Source: Octopus bimaculoides (taxonomy: Eukaryota). Taken from it: a stretch of DNA of 59,610 bases. Below the pieces are notes generated by a model. That model did not search any database. It saw only the letters and a list, made by a program, of their open reading frames with translations, and was not told the origin of the DNA. The position numbers and the translations under genes are program-made. Numbering within the stretch: position 1 is the stretch's first letter; each line of letters starts with the position of its first letter. Shown here one piece after another: positions 13,850-25,768 of this stretch. The stretch is from assembly GCF_001194135.2 (NCBI RefSeq), contig NC_068986.1:72913859-72973468 (forward strand). Reading direction: 5' to 3'.

Positions 13850-14701
13850 ACAAAAATGGAAAGTAGGCTTTGCACAATTGAAGCTCTTAAAATACTTCTA
13901 GAAGTAATAAATTTCTAAATTGAAAGAACAAAAGGCACACAGAATTTTTAGAATTTATAAATTCTATAAAAATATCTATTAATGAAAACTAATGGTAATA
14001 AAGTACAATTAACAAACTACAGAACAGTATCTTGTCATACACACACACCACATAATATATGTGTGTGTGTATGTCTATATATANNNNNNNNNNNNNNNNN
14101 NNNNNNNNNNNNNNNNNNNNNNNNNNNNNNNNNNNNNNNNNNNNNNNNNNNNNNNNNNNNNNNNNNNNNNNNNNNNNNNNNNNNNNNNNNNNNNNNNNNN
14201 NNNNNNNNNNNNNNNNNNNNNNNNNNNNNNNNNNNNNNNNNNNNNNNNNNNNNNNNNNNNNNNNNNNNNNNNNNNNNNNNNNNNNNNNNNNNNNNNNNNN
14301 NNNNNNNNNNNNNNNNNNNNNNNNNNNNNNNNNNNNNNNNNNNNNNNNNNNNNNNNNNNNNNNNNNNNNNNNNNNNNNNNNNNNNNNNNNNNNNNNNNNN
14401 NNNNNNNNNNNNNNNNNNNNNNNNNNNNNNNNNNNNNNNNNNNNNNNNNNNNNNNNNNNNNNNGAGAGAGCACGTATCCAGCATGAAGAACTTAAGCGAG
14501 CTGAGCAAACGCGCACGGCTCGTAAAGTGAATGGGGAAAGCTTGGTCTGCAATGTTTGCAGTCGTGTATGCTTGTCAAGAGCAGGGCTCATTAGCCACCA
14601 ATGGAGCCGCAAATGCAAAATATAAGTTAGTCCTAGAGCACACAATGTTCCTGAAGGTCGGCAATGGTCTTCCTCGGTCACGAGTGGATGGCCATCATCA
14701 T

Positions 14702-14732
<31 letters not shown>

Positions 14733-17700
14733 ATCATCATCACAACAAGCTGCATCTCAGTTTGTGTTGAATCATTCCATTGAAAAGGCATTTGTTAGCT
14801 CAAGGTTATATAGTAGAAGACACTTCCCCAAGTTGCCATCCAATAGGACTAAACCTGAAAACACATGGTTGTGAATCAAACTTTATAACCATACAGTCAT
14901 GCTTAGTTGCTTGACGTCTGTCTCTGTGGACAGTCTTTTCTGCTATTTAGAAAGACAAGTGTATCATGCACGACTCTAAATTTTTTTCAGAACTTCTAAG
15001 ACTTGTGAAAAGAAGGAAGAGAGAGAGGAAGTTATTCTTAAACTGTAGACCTAACCAGGATGCTTGAAATAGAATAAACTCTACTAAAGGCACCTCATGA
15101 CCAGATTAATTCTACAAACCGAAAATTCAGAATAGAAAGAACTAAAATGCTGCAAGGCAGTTTGAGGTTCAACCAAATCAGCCAATTAACATTTCTGAAG
15201 ACCTGATCTTCTGTGATGGCAAGACTGCTAATAATGATACTAATAATAATTTTATAATTATAAGTACAAGACTTGAAATTTTGGGGGAATTATGCTAGTT
15301 CATATCATTGACCACAGTACTTGAGCAGTACTTTGTTTTATCAAACCTGAATGGTTGAAAGGACCTTACTGAAGTTTGAACTCAGAATAATAGAGAGCCA
15401 GAAGACATACTGCAAGGCATTTCATCCAACACTTTAATAATTGTGCTAATCAACACCGTCATCAGCAGCAACAACATCAACGCTGATGATAACGTCTATC
15501 TACTATAGATAGTGTGTGGATTTACAATGGGAACTGTTGAGATTTGGATTAGCAAACAAAAATGTGTCAGGGCAACACTGAAGATGAGGGATACTAAGAA
15601 CACTATTATCATATAGGATTTAAAAAAAAAAAACTGAGATAAGAAAACTTTAACCAAATAAAGATATACAAATATTTAGTAATCAATGATCCTAACAAGG
15701 TAGCACACACACACACACAAATGAAAGAAAAGATTAAGATGGAATGTTATAGATACATTGAATTAATACTTAAATGTGAGCTAAATGAAAAATTAGGTAA
15801 TTAGGTAAAACTCCAGACATTACAGTTATAGCTATAATATTCTAAATTGAATGTTAAATGAACAAGATTAGACTACACAGAAAAACAAGAAAAATGAATA
15901 CATTTAGAATACAACATCGAATATCTGATATCAGTTTCAATTCTGGCACATGGCCAGCGATTTTAGGGGAGGGGTAAGTCGACTACATTGACCCCAGTGA
16001 TTAACTGGCACTTATTTTATCAACCTCAAAAGGATGAAAGGCAAAGTCGACCTCGGTGGAATCTGAACTCATAACATAAAGACAGACGAAATGTTACTAA
16101 GCACTTTGCCCAGCATGTTAAAGATTCTACCAGCTCACCGCCTTCATCCAATATCCGGTATTAAAACTATATTTACCATGAAAAGAAGACAATAGAAACC
16201 TAATGCAACTAAAAAGCTATTATAAAGTATCCACTGTAGAGCTCTGAAAATATCTAGTAAAGAATGGAAAATAATTGCAAAGAACTATAAAACATAAACA
16301 AAACAAAACTGTTTTGTCTTCAAGGAAACTAAAAAATACAAAATGGGCTGAAATGACAGGTAGGCATAAAAAAAAGGAGAAAAATCAAATGAAATTGCAA
16401 AAAGATTAAAATCTAATGTAACAATAGTGATACAGAATGCTATGATTAATCAAAGGCAAGAAAAGTCCTCGACACAGCCAACAGATGAAAATGCTGAATA
16501 GGATTGAAGTAGACAAGAAAATTTGCAACACTGGCTGAATAGCACAAAACTCAAAGCTGAAACTAAAGGTTCTTAATTGCAGTACAGAAATGAAGCCACT
16601 TCACCAGAAACCACCAAATGCACATAATGAAGTACTTGATTCAGTAAGTAACAGCAAAATATGTAGAGATGGAGAAGAAACAATTAATCATGTAATTTCT
16701 GACTGCAAGTCTTTGTGAAGAAAGAATACATCCACAAAGACATGAAAGGATTTACATACACTGAAAATTATACCAACACTGTGAAATACCAACACAGAAA
16801 CAAAATGGTATAGGCATACACCAGAAAGATCACAGATAATAACATGTGACTATATTCTGGAATATACCAATACATACAGACACGGAGATTAAGGTTAATC
16901 AACCAGATATTGCTATCAAGGACAAACAAGAAATGGAGGTTTCAATCAAAACAGAAGATAATGTAGCTCTCAAAGAAATGAAGAAATCGTCCAAATAAAA
17001 AGATCTGGAAATACAAAAAAAAAACAAAAAAACTGAATGCAGCACCTGGAAACTGAAACAATCCCTATGATAAAGGCTATCTTGAGAATGGCAAAAAAGG
17101 AAACATCTAACAAACACATAATCAAATCCCCAGTGCTTACAAATATGTGCAGCATAAATAAAATAGCTTTAGCAGACACTGCACACAGGAGAAAGCAATG
17201 CACATACTCAAGGTGCACACAGCAGTGATTAAGAGTGCAGTGAAAGCACCAATAAAAAATAGAAACTCCCATAATACAAAAATCTGGAAATAGAGGTAAC
17301 CCAAATGTGGAGCCCAAAAACAGAAACGATCCCTATAATAATAGGTGCATTAGGTATGATTAAAAAACATACAGACAAATACATAACCAAAACACCATGA
17401 CTTACTAAAATATATAACATACAGAAAATGGCACCATTAGGTACCGCACAAATCCTGTGTAAAGCACTTTCAATTTAATGAAAATAACAACACCAAAACA
17501 AACTACAGCACATACCCAAGGCACACAGAGCTGCACTCAGTAGTGCAGTGAAAGCATGCGATAAAAATAAGACTACTGAATAATAATAGTAATAATAATC
17601 CTTTCTACTGGAAGTACAAGGCCTCAAATTTGGGGGAAGGGATTAAATCGATTACATCAACCCTAGTGCGTAACCGGTACTTAATTTATCGATCCTGGAA

Positions 17701-17827
17701 GGATGAAAGGTAAAGTCAACCTCGGTGGAATTTAAACTCAGAGCGTAGCGACAGGTGAAATACTGCTAAGCATTCCATCCAGCGTGCTAACAATTCTGCC
17801 AGCTTGCCACCTTATATAATAATAATC

Positions 17828-17922
<95 letters not shown>

Positions 17923-20900
17923 TCATTCTAATTTTGGAACAAGGCCAACAATTACAAGGGAGGATAAGTGATAAGTTGATTATATTGAACCTAGTGCTCA
18001 ACTGGTACTTATTTTTCGACCCCGAAAGGATGAAAGGCAAAGTCAACCTCAGTGGAATTTGAACTCAGAACATAAAGCCAGAGGAAATGCTGCTAAGCAT
18101 TTTTCCAACATGCAAATCCCAATACAATCTGTAATTAATGTATTTGACTATTGCATGAAAAATAAAATTGCTCAACGCTTATGTTAATTTTGTTTTGTTA
18201 TCTTGTAGTGATAACAATATAAAACAGGCTTTAAGAGAGAAAATTGGGAACAAGATACTAATACACCATATAATACCTAATGACATTGACAGAACAGATG
18301 TTATAATACAGAGTGCCAAAATATATATGGTCATATGGTGATGTTTATAAAGTATAGTTCTTGTAGTCTAAAGTAGCAGTGATAATACAAAGTATATACA
18401 CTGTAACATTTGATAGCCTAGCACAAAAACTGGTGACACCAAGTGATATTAGATATGGCAAGTGGGTGTAGCCAATGTAATGTTAGTAATTAAGATACTT
18501 TGGATAGTAAAATTAAAAGGCTGTGTTTAGTACAGCATATCAAAGTTGGTAGGATTTAAAATAGATGTTATGAACAGAAACAAACCTATAAAATGATTTT
18601 ATAATTTCCCAAAACATTTGTTTCAATCACTGGACCATAACCATGCTGGAGGATTGCCTTGAAGGATTTAATTGAACAACCTCACCACACCCTCATACTT
18701 ACTTATCAAGTCTGGTATTTTATTGGTGTCTTTTGCAATAATGCACAAAGGCATCAAGCCAGATTATGAAAGTTACAGAAGTGTATGGAAAATAGCAGAA
18801 GAATTTATATTCTGTTGAGCCACTTAAAGATAGAAAAAACTTTAAAATTTTTTACTGCTTCTAACAATAAACTGGTGGAAACAATAACAAACTTGTACAA
18901 ATGAAATATACAGTAAAAATAAAGTTTGTGATTAAAAGAAAAATTTTGAGAAATCATGAATTATCTATGGATGGTTTAACGGTGGATGAAAATAATAGGT
19001 GTCTGAAATAGCAATCAGTGTAATAGTCTTTTCCATAGGCACAAGGCCTAAAATTTTTTAGAGGAGGGCACTAGTTGACCTTGATGGAATTTGAAATCAG
19101 AATGTAAAGATAGATGAAATACTACAGACATTTTGCCCAGCATGCTAATGATTCTGTCAGCTCACCTTCTTAGTAATCAGTGTAAAGATAATAAGTAAAC
19201 AGTGTAAAAATGAGAGCAAAGGCTATAAAAACAAGTTGATCAATAAATAGAACTTTTACTTTGAGATAAAGAAATATGTCAACAACAAAAGAAAAAGTTA
19301 CAAATTTGCTTATTGAAATCTGGTTAGTAGAGTTGTCACATAGTGTACAGATGCCTCTTGGTTTTGAATAACAAAATCTGCATAATATACAGGCAGAAAA
19401 AAGGGAAAATAGGAAAGCTTCTAACAATGCGGAAAGTTTAAGAAAACTTTTATATTTCAGGCACAAAGACTCATCCTCAGAAGAAAAACAATCTGGGAAA
19501 TGTCTAGTTATACAGGTTCTGTTAAACTTCCCACATTGTCAGAAGCTTTCCTATTTTCCCTTCTTCAATATTACAATGTTTCAAGCAAACTACAACACTT
19601 GTATAATATACATTTAAAATGCATATAATATATTGAGGTCTACCACAGCTACAAAGCCACTTTTTTCTTATTGTTGTGAAAGGGACATAAAGTTAACCTC
19701 AGCAGAATTTGAACATAGAATGTAATAGGCCCCTTATCTATATATTACAAGGTATTTTGCATGTCACTCTCACAGTTCTCACATTTCCATGACTCCAAAC
19801 ATGTGCATAACAGGTTAATAAATAGAAAATCCCAAAACGAAATCCTGTGAATCATTTCACCAACCCTCAGAGATATTTTATGAGACATTCTAAAATTAAG
19901 AAAATGATCAAACATTGAAGCTTTCTCGAAATCAACATTCTACTGAAACATAGTCTGAACTGAAGGAAACTTTAGTCATTTCTCTGCAATGAAGCATGAG
20001 ATTTGGAAATCAATTAGACAGATCATGGTTATTTCTAATATAAGCAAGTTGAAAGGCAGTGAGCTGGCAGAATTTTTACAATGCCAGACAAAATGCTTAG
20101 CAACATTTCATTTGTCTAATTATGCTAAATTCAAATTTTGCTGAAATCAATAAAATAAGTACTAGTTGAGCATTGGGGTCGATGTAATCAACTTCCCCTT
20201 CCCATAAAATTGCTGGCCTTGTGCCAAAATTAGAAAAGGAATATAAGTAAGTTGAAGCAGACAAAAAAAAAGGTAAAACAAAGTAGAAAATACTTTTAAA
20301 GGAAAAGTAAACTGTAATTAGCTTTTGTTTGGGGAAGGAAGGGCAGTTCCTATGACATCTTTCAGAGTCTCTGAAAGTGGACAGAGGAAGGAAAGAAAGC
20401 AGTTGCTTTGACATCTTTCAGGGTCTGGGGGTGGGCAGGGTGTACTATGTAGTATGTGCCTGTGTGTTGGACATTTCTGATAAGGCAGTGGTTGGATAAC
20501 CTGATAAGTACAGAGACGATTACAGATCAAAAGAGTTGATCCCCTTGATCTCTTTCTTACGTAATGTGAAAGAGATCAAGGGTATCTGGAATGTCTGTAC
20601 ATCAATCTGGAATGTGAAAAGGAGATAAAACAAGGTGTGAAGAGCTGAGAAAAGCAAATGATCTGGTTTCTGCAACCAGAAGCATCAGTGCAGGATTAAT
20701 GTAAGAATAGTTGGTAGTTGTGAGCATTGAAGTCATTGAAGACTAGGGCTGTGGAGTCAGAGTTGGAATCGTGGAGTCGGAAACAGTTAAGGGGTAGTCT
20801 GAGTCAGTAAAACTATACCAACTCCAATTCACAATATCTTTATTCTTTAATATTTTGTTGGCACTCCATCGCTTACGACGTTGAGGGTTCCAGTTGATCC

Positions 20901-23900
20901 GATCAACGGAACAGCCTGCTCATGAAATTAACGTGCAAGTGGCTGAGCACTCCACAGACACGTGTACCCTTAACGTAGTTCTCTGTGATATTCAGCGTGA
21001 CACAGTGTGACAAGGCTGACCCTTTGAATTACAGGTACAACAGAAACAGGAAGAAAGAGTGAGAGAAAGTTGTGGTGAAAGAGTACAGCAGGGTTCGCCA
21101 CCATCCCCTGCCGGAGCCTCATGGATCTTTAGGTGTTTTCGCTCAATAAACACTCACAACACCTGGTCTGGGAATCAAAACCGCGATCCTATGACCACGA
21201 GTCTGCTGCCCTAACCACTGGGCCATTGCGCCTCCACATTCTTTGATATAAACCAGTTATAACATAAAGGCCTACTCAAAGTACAAGCGTATGCATATGC
21301 TTTGTGAGATATGTAGACCAACATCACATAAAGACGAATTGGAGGTACCAACAGTAGAGGAGTTGGAGTCAGAGTCAAAGTTTTTTTGTTTTGACTCCAC
21401 AGCCTTGCTGAAGACAATGACTTTGGAATGAGGAGAGTAAAGACAGATATTGACAATGCAGAAGATATGGTCAAAGAATTGCTTGTGATTTGAGGAATTT
21501 AGATAGCAATAGAGGGAGTAGATGTATTTAGGAGAATGAAGGAAGGAAACCCTGAGCCACAGAAGCTGAAAGTTATTATTAACAAAATCTAGGTGAGAGA
21601 TAAGAAAAGTTGGGGTCTACATATTCACAAACATAATCCTTGGGAGTGAAATTTGAATGAGTAAGTATCCTGGGCAATAGAGATGGGTTCAAGACAGGGA
21701 AGGAGAAATTTGCATTACTGAGAAAAACAGGATTGTAGTTTACATAAGAGGGACATGGCAGAAAGAAGCCCTTTGATGTTTAAAATTAGCTGATATTTAG
21801 ATCTACTTTTTTCAGGACTGATAGAACTTTAGGTGATGGTGCCTGGCAAGGTCACATACTGGAAGTAATTGATATGTCCTCTTACTTAGGTGAACAAATT
21901 AGCAGTAGAGGAAAGTGTTCCACAAACATAATGACCAGAATAAAAATAGGATGGGAAAAGTCTAGGGAGCTATTACTTCCACTGGTAACAAAGGGATTCT
22001 CTCTTCAAATGAAATATGAATTAAATGATGTTTGTACACGAAATGTGATTATTTACAATGGACGGATAGGTGTCCTCACCTTGTTTGTTGTTATCACGTT
22101 TTGGCTGATGTACTCTTCAACCTTCATCTAGTGTTTTGGTGGAATTTCGAACCCAACCCTTTATTTGACTAACGGGGTACACTGTTGGTATGTTATTTTT
22201 CTGTTGATATTATTTTTCAAGTCCCTGTCTGTGGGCATATAGTGCAATGGATAAGAGCACTGGCTACTAACCCTCGGATTCTAAGTTCAATCCCAGGCAG
22301 GGACATGAAAAATAACATCAAAAGGAAAATAACATCAGCAACATACCTTAAGAATGAGAACAGTGTACCCCATTAATCAAGTAAAGGATTGGGTTTGAAA
22401 TTCCATCAGAACACCTGATGAGGGCTGGAGAGTACATCAGCTGAAACGTTGTGATAACAACAAACAAAGTGAGGACAACTCTCCAGCCATTGTAAATAAT
22501 GTATATAATTCCTCATCTCCAAAATATAGAAAAAGTATTACGAAATGTGATGTTGCATTTTAACACAGGAAGAACACATGGACAATCTCCCAGATATACA
22601 AAAAGATGGAATGGCCATGGTATAAATGCTTTTAACGATAAGTCTACTCAATCAACACCTGCTCCAATAATTAATATGTAAGCTAAGGCAGTGAGCTGGC
22701 AGAATCATTACCACACCAGGCAAAATGCTTTGTGTCGTTTTGTCCGTCTGTACGTTCTAAATTCAAATTCTGCAGAGGTCGCTTTGTCATTCATCCTTTT
22801 GAAGTCGATAAAATAAGTACCAGTTGAGCATTGGATTGATGTAATTGAGTTACTCCCTCCTTCGAATTTGCTGGCCTTGTACCAAAATTTGAAACCAATA
22901 ATTAATATGAAAGTTTTCAAATGCCATCACATCTTTTAGTAAAATGAAAAAAATTTATTTTTTAATCAATCAAATTATGCCATACATTAACAGATATGAT
23001 GTTTCCTGTATCAATAATGAAATTAAAGTAAATTAACTTTAAATTGGAATTAAAATGTCCAACATAAAATTTTAAGCAACTCCCTCTTAACTAACATTTA
23101 GTTTTGCTCAATTTGCTGAGAAATTTAAAATTAAGTCCATTCATAATGAAGAATAGTAGTAGGAAGGTGTTTATGAAATATCAATATATAGCAGCACAAT
23201 ATTTTGTATGCCACATCATCGTCATCATTTAGCATCTGCTTTCCATGCTGGTATGGGTTAGATGGTTTGACTGAAACTGGTAAGCTGGAGAGCTGCACCA
23301 GGTTCCAATCTGATTTGGCATAATTTCTATGGCTGGATGCCCTTCCTAATGCCAACAACTCCAAGTGTACAATGGAGTCCTTTTTACCTGTCACTGGCAC
23401 AGGTGCCAGTTACGTGACACCAGCATCAGCCACAACTAACAACAAAAAAGATCTTAATCACTACACATGACAAAAACTCCCAGTTTCAAGTGGCCTTGTC
23501 TAGAAATTTAGTATCTTGAAGATTATAAAAAGCACATCAAGATTTGATTTGTTCTTTGAACAATCGAATCACTTCAGCTCTCAGCAAATGTGTATAATAT
23601 CCCAAATTCCTCAACTGGCACATCTAATATTGTACACACTTCCTCCAATCACTGGTCTTCTAGAGTATATTGTGAAAAACAAACCATCTTCCAATTTACT
23701 TGATTGGAAACCTTTCTTTATTTCATATTTTCAATTATAATCCCATCATTATACAGTTTCAGGAAAAATCAGATATTGTGATTCTGAGTACTCTACATGT
23801 AAGAATTATACAAGTTGGCCAAAGCTGCAATGTAGGGCAGAGTTTTTTTAGCCAAATGTTCTTTTTGATGCCAACCCTCACCTGTCTCCAAGTAAGATAA

Positions 23901-25727
23901 TCTTTCCCTATGAGCAGACATATTTTTACAGTGACACTTGTTTACAACTATCATTTGATGTCAAGACATGGAGACAACACACATGAACACACACATATAC
24001 ACACACATGGGGCTCTTTTAGTTCCTGTCAGCCAAATCCACTCACAAACCATTGGTCAGCCAGGGGCTAAAGCAGAAGACACTTGCCCAAGGTGTTATGC
24101 AGTGGGACTGAACTCAGAACTATGTGGTTGAGAAACAAACTTTTTACCACACAGCCACACTTACAGCAACCAGTGAATTTATTTATTATGTCCACAAATA
24201 TTTAGAAATTCTAAACATGTTTATATAATCAAGTACAGGACATGTTATTTCATCACATTCAGAAAATCAAATAACATAGCATGTTTGTATAGATAAAAAA
24301 AGATTTTGTTTCAAATATTGTCTTCCAGGCTAAATTAACATTAGACAAGATTGCATTACCAATTAGCACATATCACTGGAAGTGGAGTATAATTTTCCTT
24401 GATTAGTTTTTAAAGTTTTTCTGAATCTTCTTATGAGAAAATAATTTGTTACTTAGACACAAGACCTGGGCAAATGAAGATGAATATGGTAAATTATTTG
24501 CTCATATTATTTTTAGCTGTCTAGATAATTATTTGTTGATATCATTTTTAGCTGTCTAGATAAGATAAACAGCAAAATAGACCCAATTGAAGTTTGATAG
24601 AGCATCACAAAGATATATTAAATGAACCTCATTTACACTGTCGGCAAAGTTTTGAGAAAACTAAGATATACAATAGGATGCAGTTAAGAAGTTTACTTTA
24701 GTTTCAATTTCTCTATCCAGCAACTTGGGTAAATGTCTCCTGTAGCTTCAGGTTGACCAATACTTTGTGAGTGAAATTTGATAAGCAGAAACTATGCAGA
24801 AGCTACTTCCCTATGCTACTGTTATCTAGCTCTCTCTTTCTCTCTCTCTTTACATATTCTCATAACCATTCATTATTTTCTCTCTCCCTCTCACACCAGT
24901 CCATTCTCTGCAATCATCCCCTCATATTATCCAAAATAAACAGAGACATCTTAGCACTCCGTCATTTAAACTGGCTGTGTCTAACCCAAATATTCTACCT
25001 GTTCTATGTTCAAACCAGCCATATCCAGTCTCTCACATCTACCCTACAATGTCATCCTGAAAACAAAAAATCACATCATGGAAATCTCGAAGCTAAAAGA
25101 TAATGCATAATTAATTCAAAACAATGTAAATAAATAAGCATTACATTTGTCAGAGTAATCTGAATGCTAATGGATTAGAGCAGTGAGGATCTTGGGACAA
25201 GACAACTTCACAAGCACTGGCATCACAATAAAGTACAACTGGTGTATTTAGTGAAGTGGCAGATGAACAAACTGTGACATCTTGGCAGGAAGCTTGTCAT
25301 GTGTGTGTGCATGTACATGTGTGTAGATGTGTTTATGTCTCCTTGTTTTGACATCATGTGATAGTTGTAAACAAGTATCACCATCATACAAGCAGTGTTA
25401 TTTGTTTCCAATCTTCTTTGAAAACATGTCAATATTACCTTACTTGGAAACAGGTGAGGGTTGGCAATAGGAATGGCATCCAGCCATAGAAAATCTACCT
25501 CAAAGAATTCAATCTGACTCATGAGAGCGAGCATGGAGAAATGGACATTAAAATGATGATGAGTATATTATCATCACTATTTAGATCCATTTTCCTTGTT
25601 GGCACACACATACATACATATGTATATATATAAGTACATAGTATTACTTAACCATGGTGTTATCTAATAGCCAGTGCAAACTAGCTGGTATGATTGGCTT
25701 TGATAGATCTATAACACTGTATATTTG

Positions 25728-25768
<41 letters not shown>

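Noticed and set aside
17738-18046. Poly-Tyr ORF
   Set aside because: Translation of the (AAT)n microsatellite.
22414-22460. Functional hammerhead at CTGATGAGGGCTG…CAGCTGAAAC
   Set aside because: No UH cleavage triplet or stem I partner can be placed. Kept only as a Penelope-end signature.
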